This document shows positions 1-13,555 of a stretch of DNA of 64,000 nt, one piece after another. The stretch's first letter is position 1; each line of letters opens with the position of its first letter. The notes under the pieces are model-generated. The model ran no database searches. It was not told where the DNA came from and worked only from the letters and a program-made list of their open reading frames with translations. This DNA comes from Octopus sinensis (Eukaryota), in assembly GCF_006345805.1 (NCBI RefSeq), contig NC_043007.1, positions 3,844,001 to 3,908,000 on the forward strand, given 5' to 3'. The position numbers and the translations under genes were made by a program.

Positions 1-351
1 CTAGAAATGGCTCATTTGCATAATGGTTCAGGGTTGATGACCTGACAATAATTACCAGAGAACCAACGCAGTATGGGTTGCATAGGTTTGTTGCAAATGG
101 CTACACTAATATTTCACCAGATTTACAGCTATTTTCACATTAATAAATTAACACCATTGCCGTGAATTGCATTAATTGTTGTTGTGGAAAGGATAGAAAA
201 CAAGGAAATAAAGAAGAAATGAAATAGGCTACCACCACCACCACCATGACTACCATGACCATCACCACCACCACCACCACCACCATATTTACCATTATTT
301 TAACTGGTTATGTATTCATGTGTCTAAGCAGGAATTGTCTTGGAATTGAGT

Positions 352-356
352 TGAGA

Positions 357-418
<62 letters not shown>

Positions 419-438
419 GAGAATGTGTGTGTGTGTGT
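352..438. repeat. (GA)n followed by (TG)n microsatellite
   Basis: Direct dinucleotide runs; they explain the ORFs at 246..584 and 316..513. Confidence 0.95.
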
Positions 439-632
439 ATGTAGGAGGAAGATTTGAGGGTGTGTATGAGTATTTAGGAGAGTGTAATAAGAAACATTAT
501 GGCAATCAACCACATCCGCACTACCCTCAGCATCTCATGCACATCAATCATTCCCATCATCACAATCTCCACCAACATCAGTAGCCATACCACAATCTGA
601 AAGCCAATGATGGGGCTGCTACATGGTTAATC

Positions 633-1017
633 CGTGGAGGCGCAATGGACCAGTGGTTAGGGCAGCAGACTCACGGTCATAGGATCGCGGTTTCGATTCC
701 CAGACCGGGTGTTGTGAGTATTTATTGAGCGAAAACACCTAAAGCTCCACGAGGCTCCGGCAGGGGATGGTGGTGATCCCTGCTGTACTCTTTCACCACA
801 ACTTTCTCTCACTCTTACTTCCTGTTTCTGTTGTACCTGTATTTCAAAGGGCCGGCCTTGTCACTCTCTGTGTCACGCTGAATATCCCCGAGAACTATGT
901 TAAGGGTACACGTGTCTGTGGAGTGCTCAGCCACTTACACGTTAATTTCACAAGCAGGCTGTTCCGTTGATTCGGATCAGCCGGAACCCTCGTCGTCGTA
1001 ACCGACGGAGTGCTTCC
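633..1017 (+). mobile_element. tRNA-derived SINE, full length, with 12-bp target-site duplication
   Basis: A-box-like tggaccagtggttag and B-box-like ggtttcgattccc at the 5' end; acatggttaatc is duplicated at 621-632 and 1018-1029. Confidence 0.85.
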
Positions 1018-1029
1018 ACATGGTTAATC

Positions 1030-1435
1030 AACTTGTTAGAAATAGCAGTTAGATTTCCCTCAAATCATATTAAACTGTCATAACCATTGCACAACCATTT
1101 TTCTATTAGGACACACAACTTTTATTTTCTATTTCTATCAACTTTGCAAATAAAGAAAGAAAAAGAAAAAGTGTAAGATAACTTTGTTGTAATTAATCTG
1201 GTGTTTGGAGTATAACCTCATGAAATTTTGAGGGAAGGTTTCCCTCTGTATCCCTTTAAAACAAAGTTTGCATCATAGAATAAAAGGCAGTCTCAAGCGG
1301 GTTGGTATCAAATGGGTTAAGATAAACACACTGGATAATGTACTCCGGAGTATATAATATCTGAAGAAAGAAGGGATGGTCATGGCTGGAGTGCTTTGGA
1401 TCATAGGTCCACTTGATCAAGGCTAATCGAGAGTG
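1030..1435 (+). mobile_element. Dispersed repeat (tagaaatagcagccaaat.../ggatggtcatggctgg... family), degenerate
   Basis: The same motifs recur near 14210, 15340-15400 (rc), 18010, 20550, 22250, 33050 (rc), 45740-45850 (rc) and 48940-49110. Confidence 0.5.
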
Positions 1436-1449
1436 AAACGACAGCGATC

Positions 1450-2010
1450 ACATTACCACCGCCTCCACCATCATCTTCATCATGGCTACTATCACCACCA
1501 CCACCACCACCATCACCACCACTACCACCACCACCACCACCACCACCATCATCATCATCATGGCTACTATCACCAATAAATTGTTTCAAAACAGCATTAT
1601 TGCCTCCTCATTCTTTCACCATCATCTCACCAACATTACAACCAGCATCGCCGACCCCCACTTCCTGCACCAAATCCTCTCAAAACACTACCTCACCCCT
1701 TTTCTACGACCACCAATACCCATAACTCAACCTTCATCCTACCATATTCCATACCACCACCTGCTCTACCACTCCTTCCACCACTACAAACTACAACAAC
1801 AACAACAGCCATAACCACCACAACCACACTCACCACCTCCACCAAACCTCTTTACTTCAACACTACTCCCCTCTTGTCTACTAAAAGCCACAACGCAACC
1901 AACATGCCACCACATCCTAAGCCATTATCCGCACCACCACCACCACCAGTTTCCCCCCTCACCGCTGCTGCCACCATAACCACTTTCAACCCCACCCTCC
2001 TCCCCCGCCA
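1450..2010. repeat. (CAC/CAT)n-derived low-complexity tract
   Basis: Runs of cac/cat decaying into a C/A-rich tract; explains the poly-Thr and poly-Gly ORFs. Confidence 0.85.
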
Positions 2011-2589
2011 CTGGTACCTCTTGGAACATTTGTAATGGACATCTCTATTTTACTTGTTAAATAAATTTCCAGTTGACTGAATCTGCTCCCCAATCGGTCA
2101 AACTAGGATAAATTAGCAGGAGGTTATCTAGAGGGCAGTGTGTTACACTTAGCTGCAAGGAATATTTATAGCTGGATAGGATTGCAGCCAATTCTTTCTC
2201 TTTCACTCTCCCACCCCACCCTCTGCCCTCGCCTTCCACCTCTGCTTCTCCCTCCCCTCCCCCACTCCCGCTAGACACTTCTTCCTCTCCTTTTACTCCC
2301 ATCACTCTCTTTATTTACATGGATGGTGGAGTAGGACAAAAAAAAAAAGCAGTTGAGTGCCAAAACCGAATGCGTTTCAGCATTTAATTTTGTCTCTACA
2401 CAATCTGAGTTCAAATTTTGCCATGGGTCAACTTTATCTTTTGTCCCTCAGGGGTTAAATAAAATAGGTCTCTGGTTTGTTATTTGTGCGAGGCAGTGGT
2501 GGTGCGTTCTGTTGAAGACATCTTCCTCTCGCTAATATAGGAAATATAGGTTTACACTAATATTAGAAATTATTATAATTTTCTTTTTT

Positions 2590-3285
2590 AAGGTGGCAAG
2601 CTGGCAGAATTGTTAGTGCGCCAGGTGAAATGCCTAGTGGTATTTCGTCCGCTACTACGTTCTGAGTTCAAATTCCACTGAGGTTGACTTTGCCTTTCAT
2701 CCTTTTGGGGTCGATTAAATAAGTATCAGTTACACACTGGGGTCGATATAATCGACTTAATCCATTTGTCTGTACCTGTTTGTCCTCTCTGTGTTTAGCC
2801 CCTTGTGGGTAGTAAAGAAATAGGTATTTAAAGGCGGCGAGCTGGCAGAAACGTTAGCATATTGGGCAAAATGCTTAGCAGTATTTCGTCTGCCGTTATG
2901 TTCTGAGTTCAAATTCCACTGAGGTCGACTTTGCCTTTCATCCTTTCAGGGTCGATTAAATAAGTACCAGTTACACACTGGGGTCGATATAATCGACTTA
3001 ATCCGTTTGTCTGTCCTTGTTTGTCCCCTCTGTGTTTAGCCCCTTGTGTGTAGTAAAGAAATAGAAATAGGTATTTCGTCTGCTGCTACATGCTTTTTGT
3101 AGTGCACCTGAGCACTGTACACAATTATTATTATTATTATTCCGAGTTCAAATTCCGCTGAGGTCGACTTTGCCTTTCATCCTTTCAGAGTCAGTCAAAT
3201 AGGTACCAGTTACACACTGGGGTCAATGTAATTGACTTAATCCCTTCTCCTAAGTTGCCCTTGTGGCAAAAATTTGAAATCATTA
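2590..3285 (+). mobile_element. Tandem array of three tRNA-derived SINEs (family A), plus a partial copy at about 2345-2480
   Basis: Unit gcagaa..gttagc...ttctgagttcaaattcc...gtcgactttgcctttcatcc...gtaccagttacacactggggtcga repeats at about 2591, 2831 and 3069 (the third lacks its head). Confidence 0.85.
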
Positions 3286-4789
3286 TAATTTTCTTTTTTC
3301 TACACATCTATCTTGCTTCTTAAGAATTTAATCATGTCCCCTTCAGAGGTTCTGATTTTTTACAGGCCTAGTAATATGTCAGAAATACCATTACATCACT
3401 GGTACATATTAAGTGTGTCAAAATGGCAAAGTAGTTACAATTGTAAGATAGATTATCTTGCTAAAAGCTTCTGATGTGACTTTCAATCATATTTATATTC
3501 TGGAAAGACTCATTTTGAGTAATGGAGTAACAATCATAAGGAAGTAAGTCAAATATACCACTTGCCACTCTGTACTGCTGCTCATTCATTTCATTTGAAT
3601 TATCCATCTCCAGATTATCTCTGGTTTCTTATTTCCAAACCAGAGAATAATCACTCACTGTAAAGAATTACTATTTAGATTTAAACATTGATGAAAATCT
3701 TGCTTTCATATGAATGGTAACACAAGTTTTCAGAAGCTAGAAATTTCACTGTAGTCTTATAGTAAAAAATTATTCCTGTATATAATAAACCTCTCACCAC
3801 TACCATCATCACCACTACTATCAGCCCCCACCACCAAAATAAAAATAAAAAAAACTTTAGTTTTGGAAATCAGTTGAAATGTAGAGGAAGTTTATTCTTG
3901 GTAGGAATATGGTCATAAAAGAGTTAAACTGCTATGTTGTGTCAGGTTGAATGCAAGAATAAAAGACACATGTAGACAATCAGTTACTTCTTGTATATGA
4001 AAGGTTTAAAGCTCTTTGAAAGAGATGACAATCAATGTTAATCTTGCCTATAGACTGTTCAGGAGTTCAATGGAGATTTTAACATGAAATTGGGCTTTGA
4101 AAAATGCACTAACGTTACATAGAAATTAGGAAAACTAATAAAAGCAATCAATATGCAGCTAAATAAATTGAAAATAGATTAAAGAATTAGATGAAAGACT
4201 AAAATACAAATATGTGGAAGGAAGTGAGATAGATGGAACACAGCACTATTAAATGAAGGAGAGATAGGAAAAAAGAGGAAATAAAAAAATACAGGTGTTT
4301 CAGGTCAGAACTCAAAAGGGAATTAAATGTGTAAAACAAAATAACAGACATTGATACATTAGCCGAGCTAACAATAAGCTATAAGCTATGCAGCAATAAA
4401 ATGAAGTTTGAGTAAACTGATAATACTGGAGAAAAACATACAAACAATAATTACTGCATTGAGGGTAAACAAAAGCAGAGACAGAAAGGGTTTTATTTAC
4501 TATTGTCACTGGAAGAGAGAATGCTTCTAAAATTAGAAAACTGCAATAAAATCAGAACAAATAATGCAAATACATAAAAGGAAAAAGACAAAAATGTTTT
4601 CCATTTTAAGAAGATTAATATTAACAATAAATGCGCATTGTTTAAAGGCACCATTAAATTAATAAATACAAATAAAACGATATATATGGGTGGGATAGGG
4701 GTGATGAGAGGAAACAGATTCAGAGAGGAAAAGATGAAGTTTTATAATAAAAGAAAATAATTTAAATGAAAAATCATAAAACATATCAG

Positions 4790-5680
4790 TGCAGGTCACC
4801 ATCGATATCGACTATGTGCACAATTGTAGCTTTGTGATTGTTGTTGGTGCAGTTAAGCTCTGATTGAACAGACTTAATGTTGACTTTGATGGTTTATTAT
4901 TATACGTGGTATTCTCTGGTGTTGCTGATAAGAAGGAAGACAGTGGTTGTGATGCTTCATAAAGTCTGTTGTTTTAGAGTCAAATTTCTGGCTGATTGAT
5001 TTGGGATTGGCGTTGGTGTTCAGTTATGCCTGAAAAATAGCGGGAAGATCTGAGCGAGATATCATTTGTATATAATGCTGTGTGCATGGTTTGAGAAGTG
5101 TGAACATAAGCATAGATCAAAAAAGGATGCGAGAAAGACTGATCGTTTTGGTATGTCATTCAGGAAATTGCAAGTTTTTTGTTGTTCTTGTACACCACAT
5201 AAAATTAGTAACCTGACAAGTAATTTGCTATGCAGTATTTTTTGTTTGTTTCTGAAGGCAATGTCGAGCATTTAGTGTGAAAGAGAAAAGCAAGGAATAA
5301 TAAAAAAATTGCTTGGCTATTATTGACAGTAGACAATATTAAAATGTATTAAGATGTGTGTAGAAGTCTTTTTTGTAACTGAAACTGTTGTCTGTTATTG
5401 TATTAGGTTCATGTGTAATGAGAGAATTGAAAATGGAAAATGGTCGTCTGATTCTTGTAATTTAAAGAAAGGAATGTGGGTTAGTGATATCAAACGAACT
5501 GATGTATCTGCATGATACTACTTCACATAGGTTTTTGCTATGGTGTTATGATTTTACCCAGCTTCCAGATTCTGGGAATTTCACAGTGTTGGTACCAGTA
5601 ATTATAGATATTGGTCATCACAGAGATTCTTTCAAGCTGTTTTGCGGGGGATTTTGTCAAAACCTGAGACTTTTGGGTTT
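4790..5680 (-). mobile_element. Possible highly decayed LINE relic
   Basis: Interrupted minus-strand frames with LINE-like composition; no diagnostic motif recovered. Confidence 0.25.
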
Positions 5681-5690
5681 CAAATTTTAT

Positions 5691-5898
5691 TTACTCTTTT
5701 ACTTGTTTCAGTCATCTGACTGTGGCCATGCTGGAGCACCACCTTTAGTCGAGCAAATTGACCCCAAGATTTATTCTTTGTAAGTCTAGGACTTATTCTA
5801 TTGGTCTCTTTTGCCAAACCGCTAAGTTACAGGGATGCAAACACACCAGCATCGGTTGTCAAGCAATGTTGAAGGGACAAACACAGACAAATAAACAT

Positions 5899-5931
<33 letters not shown>

Positions 5932-5962
5932 GATATATATATATACATATACATAAATATAT

Positions 5963-6007
<45 letters not shown>

Positions 6008-6223
6008 ATACATCATCATCGTTTAGCGTACACTTTCCATACATATATACATATATACGACGGGCTTCTTTCAATTTCCGTCTACCAAATCCACTCACAA
6101 GGCTTTGATCAGCTTGAGGCTATAGTAGAAGACACTTGCCCAAGGAGCCACGCAGTGGGACTGAACCCAGAACCATGTAATTGGTAAGCAAGCTACTTAC
6201 CCCACAGCCACTCCTGCGCCTAT
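5691..6223 (-). mobile_element. SINE family C with internal (CA)n/(TA)n expansion
   Basis: Reverse complement of the 43711-44106 copy; head ataggcgcaggagtggctgtg, B-box-like gggttcagtcccac. Confidence 0.9.
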
Positions 6224-6289
6224 TGTTAGCTTTTTTGTGTGTTTGATGGAAGCAATGAAAACCCTGGCCTACATAGAAGGTGAGTATTT

Positions 6290-6520
6290 TCCATTTTGTA
6301 TGGTGTTACTGGGTGACCTTGTTGGTGCTGGTACCGTGAAAAAGCACCTGTGCTGTTGTGACATAAAAGGTAACCAGTCCACTCTGTAAAATGTTTGGCA
6401 TTTGGAAGGGCATCCGGCCATAGAAACCATGCCAGAACAGACATTGGAGCCTTACCAGCTCCTGTTGTACTGTCCAACTCTTACCAGCATGGAAAATGGA
6501 CATTAATTAATAATGATGAT
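6290..6520 (+). mobile_element. RTE 3'-UTR fragment (GAT-tailed family), degenerate
   Basis: ggaagggcatcc...agcatggaaaatggacattaa...gatgatgat matches the 3' end of 23984-25175. Confidence 0.7.
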
Positions 6521-6843
6521 GATTGATTATCAAAAAATATTTAATGAAAGCATTTACTTTCTAATGGAGTGTGGGTAAGTCATTTGATGTTAGAACTGAG
6601 ACATGATTGGGTAACCTCAGATTGACTGATGTTCTGTGAGTGGAATTTGGTAGAAGTTTGTTGTATATGTGTCTGTGCCAGAGTTTACATTTACCTGTCA
6701 GTCAAGATGCATTGCTTTATTCTTAAAACCTAACTTAGCAATTTAATGAATAGAGATAAAAAAAAAATAACTCGCAGACAGCAAATAGTTCTGAGATCAA
6801 TAACACAGACTAAATCCATTGAAAACAGTCTGCCAGCATAGCT

Positions 6844-7303
6844 CATCATCATCATTGTTCGACTGTGGTCGAAACAATGGAATTTACTATGTTACGCCAG
6901 ACTTCACGGTCTATCATAGCATTATGGAGATCCTGTTGCTGGATGCCTGTATCCCTGGAGATTACATCAGGGTAGGAGAGTGTGCGCCCTCTGGTATCAT
7001 GAGCGGAAGGCTTCCAGAGGAGAAGAGGGGAAATTACCTCGTTTTCAGCTCTACAACAATGTCCAGCAAACTGGACTCTTCTACCTTTCACAAGAGATGA
7101 TACAGGTGGTAGTTTCCCATATATTTGTACTTTGGTTGGATGACGCTTCCACGAGAGACTTTGAGCTCTCATAAAGGAGGCGAGTGTAAGTTCCATCCAA
7201 CCGCCTCTCAAGCTTCTTTGATAACGTCCAGGTCTCTGAGCCATATAGTAGACACTGACTTTGCTGACGACATCGCTCTTATCAGTGATTCTCTCTCCAA
7301 TGC
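6844..7303 (-). mobile_element. 5'-truncated RTE LINE with an inverted 5' segment and an 11-bp TSD
   Basis: Minus strand 6844 to about 7255 encodes LLYGSETWT...(frameshift)...RRVQFAGHCCR...STTVEQ* then a (TGA)n tail. Plus strand 7251-7303 encodes the RT motif DTDFADDIALISDSLSNA. ccagcatagct occurs at 6833-6843 and 7304-7314. Confidence 0.9.
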
Positions 7304-9404
7304 CCAGCATAGCTACAAACCAATAATAAGAATAATTTTGTGAAAAAACAATTTGCAAAAGTATGCAGGATAATCTTGTTGAATATGGATGTTTTCTTTG
7401 ACCTTGATCTGTGCAAAACAGAAGTGAAGTAGCAGCTGAGAATGGAAGCATTTTTAGTAATCCTAAAATCCCCAATTTCTAATGTATAGTGTTTTATCTT
7501 TATGAAATATACCAAACTATAGTAATTAAATCAGTTTAATTAATCTTAATAGCCAGAAATAGAAGTAATGTAGCAGATAAGAATGGAAGTGTCTTGGTAA
7601 TGCTAGAATCATCTGAAAGCAGTTTAAATCAATCATAATAGTGACAATATGCATACAATGTAGGAACCTTCAAAATTCTGTTGTTATAGTGGGCATACAC
7701 TGACTGAGCTAAAGGTTGGCTGCTGAGTCCTTCCATTTTGTATGAAAGGACAAGGCCATACAGAAACATCCTTATTTAGCAAGATTACCATTTAGAGTAG
7801 GAAATGGAGAAGCAAAGGAAATCAGTAAATGATCAAAATAGAAGCATAGATACTCTCTCAATTATGCATCAAGCCAGAAGAAACTGGTCTTCACTTCTGA
7901 ATATTTTTAAGACGTCTTGAATACTTATGGTATAATTGTAGAGGATTGCAAGGCCAAGGTACTGGAACAGCCAGGTACATTCTTAAACATCATCTGATTG
8001 TGTTCCTTTTCACTCAATTATTGACATACAGGGTGCAACAAAAAACCTCCCAGATTCACCATTCTTGATAGACATTTCAACAAGAAATGCTTGGTGTGTA
8101 CACAATCCACAGCACAATGGTAAGTGTAAAAAACAAAAAAAAAAAGGTAGAACATTAGCTACATAATGAGGCCATCACCACCTGCTTACCATTTTACCAA
8201 CACCATACAAATGTCTATGTGAAATATGGAAGGTTTTCTGCTGCACCCTGATAAAAGTAAATTATATTAAAAAAAAAAGTAATTGAAGAAATTAGTCTTT
8301 TACCTAAATTTTTAAAAATTCTCGATTGTTTTTAGTATCAATAGAATGATTATAAACATTGTATTTCGTGAAAGAATGTGGTCATGAAACAGTTAAACCA
8401 GATATATTCCCACAATAAAGACACAATAACCACAGTTAGAAACACAAATCAAATTCTTTATTTGATCAGATACCTCCATGCTATGGATCTGCTCAAGCAT
8501 GGCAGAGCCAGATGAAATCAATACAAAAACAACAGCACAAACACACACACACACATGTACAATTACAAAGTCATCACTCAACTCCGACATCACACACGTC
8601 TAAATCAACAAAAAGGAAATAAGAAAAAAAACAACTTGCAATCTTAGCAGACAATTAAGATTCGTGGAGACATTGTAACAAGCAGCGACAAGATATGAAC
8701 AATCAATCTTTGTATTAATAGGCGGACTCGCTTATTGACTTGTCTAGTTGTGAATCTCAGGGAAAAAAGACAAAAAAACAAAAAACAAAATAAATAACAT
8801 AAAAATAAAACAACTAATAAAAAAAGGGAGGAGGAGAGAAAACAACATACTAGGAAGCCTCCCAAATTTAGTAATTTAGTTATCTTCTCATAAAGATAAC
8901 AGCGGTCTCAATTTAAGATTTTCTTTACTGCAAATAAGATAGGAAGTATTCTGGAAATCTCTTCATCTGATCGCAGTGGCATGGTGGTGGTGGTGGTGGA
9001 GATGGAAGAAAAGGAGGAGCGGGGTAAGTGCAGCTACTGCATTACAAACATATATCAATAGCAGAGATGTGGCTTCAAAGTAAATCTTTATAAATAATTT
9101 GTGGGCAAAGAGACAAGCTTTCTTTGTGTTGTTCTTGAGTTATTTACTCCGTTTTATTTTGTGTATTTGCAGAAAACTTCAAGTTTAAATTTGAAGAAAA
9201 GAGAAAAGGAAAACAAAAACAAGCAAAAATGATTCCTTTTATTGTTTGTTTTGCATCAATCACCTGAAGTTCTGTAGAGAGTTATGAAAAATAACCACTA
9301 ATCACCGTTTTAATGACGGTGTTTTGTCTTTATATAACACGATACATATACTTTATATCTGCAGTTTAGATATATTTATTTATCTCTTTCTCTACATATA
9401 TTTA

Positions 9405-9635
<231 letters not shown>

Positions 9636-9705
9636 GTGGGAGAGAGAGAAAGGGAGAAATCTCTAAAATAGACATGCATGTCAGAATAGTAAAACAAAAC
9701 AATGA

Positions 9706-9723
9706 TTTATTGATAGATTTATT
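9706..9723 (-). promoter_or_regulatory. Candidate tandem polyadenylation signals of a minus-strand transcript
   Basis: Two AATAAA on the minus strand (plus-strand tttatt at 9706-9711 and 9718-9723), followed by U/GU-rich ttgttttgttttac. Confidence 0.3.
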
Positions 9724-10813
9724 TCAATAAATAATGCAGAATAGAATTCCAAGGCATTTACCTGAGATAATTTTCAAAAGTTATGTTGGATAGGCCAACC
9801 ATGGACATAAAGTCATGTGTCCAGTGTGAGGTAGTCTAAATCTCGTTCAAATACTTACAGCACACAATAATACAATTGACAGCAAGCGTTCAAAATAAAT
9901 GCCAGCATCTTGAGATACATAAATATTACGGTAGTATTTTATGGGTACAAAAGTAAATACCGTGTACTTGTCAGTAATTAATATGCATTTAGCAGTTGCC
10001 AGGAATGTGTTTAATATGTAAAATTGGTCTATCCAATAGTGTTACACTGCTAAACTTAGTAGATATTTAAGCAATGTATTTATGGATGGATAATCAGTTG
10101 GGTGTGATACTGAAGAAGGTGCAAGAACTCCTGAAATATGCATATACACCCATTCCCTACTTTTCCTATCTTTTACTGCATCGTTTAAAGAAATGTCATA
10201 ACTTGCTGGCTCTGAATTCTAAAGGAAATCTATAGAGATAAACTTAAAAATAAATATTTACATAGCAGTTTCAATCTCATCTGTTTCACTAGGTTTCATA
10301 TCTACCTTTCTTTAATACACTCCCTTACATCATAAATAGTAGAGACTACAGCATACATGTCATATCTTGGTACACATGCAAAACAGATAACACTAGAGGT
10401 GACACAATATTATCACAACTAAACTTCTTTTACATTCTAAATATAAAACTATTAGTAAAGGGAGACTCTGAGCCAGGGATGGCCAAATTGTTTGATAAGA
10501 AGAACCATGTATGATAATTTTTCCTTCAAGAGCTGCAATGCATTTTTAAAAAATTATATTTATAAATCTGAGAAAATAAAGCTGTGTAGATTTACTTGCT
10601 GTGGTGGATTGATATATATCTGCTCACTGAAGGCGTTTAGTAAATCTTTATTTTGCAGTTAATACTTTAAAATCCGGCTTGTAAGATGTAAAAGCAGCTT
10701 TAGGTAAAACAAAACAAAAAACCCAGTATTATCTTGGGAAGTGAAGTTTAGCCACTGTGGCTCTATGCAGTCATCTGAGTTACTAGAAACAACAGTTAAC
10801 TCTCTCTAATGTC

Positions 10814-11215
10814 TACTCATTTACTTGTTTCAGTCATTTGACTGTGGCCATGCTGGAGCACCGCCTTTAGTCGAAAGCAAATCGACCCCAAGACTTATTC
10901 TTCGTAAGCCTAGTACTTATTCTATCGGTCACTTTTGCTGAACTGCTAAGTTACAGGGACGTAAACACACCTGCATCGGTTGTCAAGCGATGTTGGGGGG
11001 ACAAACGCAAACACATAAACACACACACACACATACATGCATGCATTTATACGACGGGCTTCTTCCAGTTTCCGTCTACCAAATCCACTTACAAGGCTTT
11101 GGTCGGCCGAGGCTATAGTAGAAGACACTTCCCCAAGGTGCCACGCAGTGAGAATGAATCCGGAACCATGAGGTTGGTAAGCAAGCTACTTACCACACAG
11201 CCACTCCTGCACCTA
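10814..11215 (-). mobile_element. SINE family C
   Basis: Same sequence as 5691-6223 with a shorter microsatellite. Confidence 0.9.
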
Positions 11216-12021
11216 CAATGTATAAAAAGAATTTTTAAAAACAGAACTTTGCACAATGTAGTCACAGATATGTGAAAAATATTAACAGACAAAAACAAAA
11301 TGGTTATATTTTGGAATACCTTTATTCACAGGACTACGTGTTCAGAACAGACTTGCAGTTAAACTACAACAACAACAAAAACAACAACACCAACCAGTCA
11401 CTGTACTGGTGATCTGTGTGATGTCTGATGTACAAGACATCAAGGAAGCAACTGCTGATAATGACCCATTCCACACTGCTGTAATACAGCCTATCATTAT
11501 AAACAGTGATAATAATGTTGTCATTGACCACCCTACAGGTCAGCTCCGACCAAGCAGTTCTATGAGCTAAGTTGTACAAGCAGCAAACATTTTGTCATTT
11601 TTATTTCAGGCAGTTCTTCTAAGACCACATTTATCTAATGTGTTCTTTAACTCATTTGACTTTCAGATTCCTCTGTCAAATGTGATCCTTATTTATTCAC
11701 ATTGTTTTGATATAATCCTGCATTATCTCATAGCTTTGAGATTTCAATGATATGATTATTTATTTTCAGAATGGCATTGTAGGGCAGGTGTGAGAAACCA
11801 GATCCAGACAGTTTGAACATTTGGGCTGGATATGGCCAGTTAAAATTTTTTTTTTAGAGAATAGATTTTTTTATAAGAGAATAGATTTGAGGGAGATTTA
11901 GTTCTTAATTCTAGCAAGTTGAGTCACTGCATAGAAGTTCAGTTGTTTTGTTAACTTACAATGATGTGCTTGGACACCAGTTCACATGGCTAATGTTATT
12001 TAAAATTGGTTATTTAAAATT

Positions 12022-12257
12022 TAGAAGGCAGCGAGCTGGCAGAACCGTTAGCACGCGGGGCGAAATGCGTAGCCGTATTTCGTCTGCTGTTACGTTCTGA
12101 GTTCAAATTCCGCCAAGGTCGACTTTGCCGTTCTTCCTTTCGGGGTCAATAAATTAAGTACCAGTTACACACTGGGGTCGATGTAATCGACTTAATCCAT
12201 TTGTCTGTCCTTGTTTGTCCCCTCTATGTTTAGCCCCTTGTGGATAATAAAGAAACA
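12022..12257 (+). mobile_element. SINE family A with 13-bp TSD
   Basis: Matches the 2831 unit and keeps its CpGs; gttatttaaaatt occurs at 12009-12021 and 12258-12270. Confidence 0.9.
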
Positions 12258-12769
12258 GTTATTTAAAATTGGTTCAAAGAGCTCAGATGGATTTCCCTTA
12301 CACACACAATTACTGGATCTCTATATAATAGAATATTTATGGTGCCTTTTAGAGTAGCAAGTGAAGAACCACTTTCCTCTGCCATCACCACTGAAAGAGC
12401 TTGAAGAACTTGAAGTTTGGCTTAAAATCTGGAGAATGATTGTGGTCTCACCAAAATTTGGTTTGTGGTTTCCATCAAGTCTAAGACGTGGGGGTACTCT
12501 TTATCACCATCATTGTCATGATGTTGTTTGAATACATGGAGGTTTGAGAGAAATTTCACTGCTGTTTTTTGCAGGTCAAGTGACCACATAAATCAAGGGA
12601 CAGTAGCAAGTGGCTACTGAGGTGTTCTCTGTGGCATTACACTTTTACAAAATATTTTGAAATTTAATGTTTGTGGGTTACTGAGCTATTGATGGCTTTT
12701 AGATAGTCACTTGCATTATGATGGTTTTTCTTAGCATTGCCAATGATAGACAAGGGGCTGGGGGAATCG

Positions 12770-12960
12770 CCATTGTCATCATATGATATCTGTTATCCAT
12801 GCTGGCATGGGTTGGACAGCTAAACAAGTTCCAATGAGCTAGAGGACTGTGCTGAGCTCCAATGTCTATTATAGCATGATTTTTACAGCTAATGACAACC
12901 ACTTTACAGAATGTGCTGGGTACCTTTTTTGTGTGACACCAGTGCAAGGGAGATCACCAA
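12770..12960 (-). mobile_element. RTE 3'-UTR fragment, degenerate
   Basis: tccatgctggcatgggttggac...tgggtacctttttttgtgtgacaccag. Confidence 0.65.
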
Positions 12961-13517
12961 ATAACTAACAAAACAAAAGGAAAGACCCCTTCATCTGAAT
13001 GAGGTTGTAGTAGAGACGGAGGTTGCTTAATGCCAGGTACTGAGGGGCTAAACTATGACAGAAGGGCAAACACAAGTATTTTGCTGTGGAGAAGATGCAC
13101 GAATACCTTGCATTATATATTGGTGGGTGGGAAGAGCTGGAAAGACAGCAATGATGGTGGTGCAAGGTATCATAGATACAAGAAGGTGAGTATAAGAGAG
13201 AATATGGACAAAGAGTCAAGAAAGGATGCTGGGTAAGTTTGGCAGAGTGTGATATTTTTGTCTGATATAATACACTTGTGGACCATGAGCAAATGTAAAA
13301 AAAACAAAAGATGCTCTTCCCCGACATAGGAGTTAAATTGTGGAGCATTGGTTCATAAGTTCTTTATAAAATACATGGTTTTACATTAGGGATTTACAAC
13401 ATATTCAAAGATTTATACTATAAGTTGGTTTCAAATTCCAATCAGAGTTGAATCCAGTTTCCCTGATACCACTCATTAATCTAACTGAAAATGTATGATC
13501 ATCACAACTTCTCGATT

Positions 13518-13555
13518 TCATCTACTATAAGTCCAATAAAGCCGAGTCTTCATGT
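13518..13555 (-). CDS. Candidate terminal coding exon (HEDSALLDL* or MKTRLYWTYSR* depending on phase), product unknown
   Basis: Strong acceptor ttttctttctttcttttacag; local CpG retention; candidate poly(A) signals at about 9.7 kb downstream. No homology recognised. Confidence 0.25.

Noticed and set aside
633-705. tRNA-like sequence
   Set aside because: It is the head of a TSD-flanked SINE and does not close a cloverleaf acceptor stem; the same applies to the family A and C heads.
8470-8625. Possible plus-strand terminal exon after tttatttgatcag (IPPCYGSAQAWQ..., DTSMLW...ITHV* or YLHAMDLLKHGRAR*), with upstream candidates near 7757-7832 and 7949-7981
   Set aside because: All three frames look equally plausible, a (CA)n run lies inside, and I recognise no homology; I could not discriminate it from chance.
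11331-11570. 78-codon open plus-strand frame with a poly-Gln stretch
   Set aside because: Built from (CAA)n and decayed CAT/GAT low-complexity sequence like other tracts in the window.
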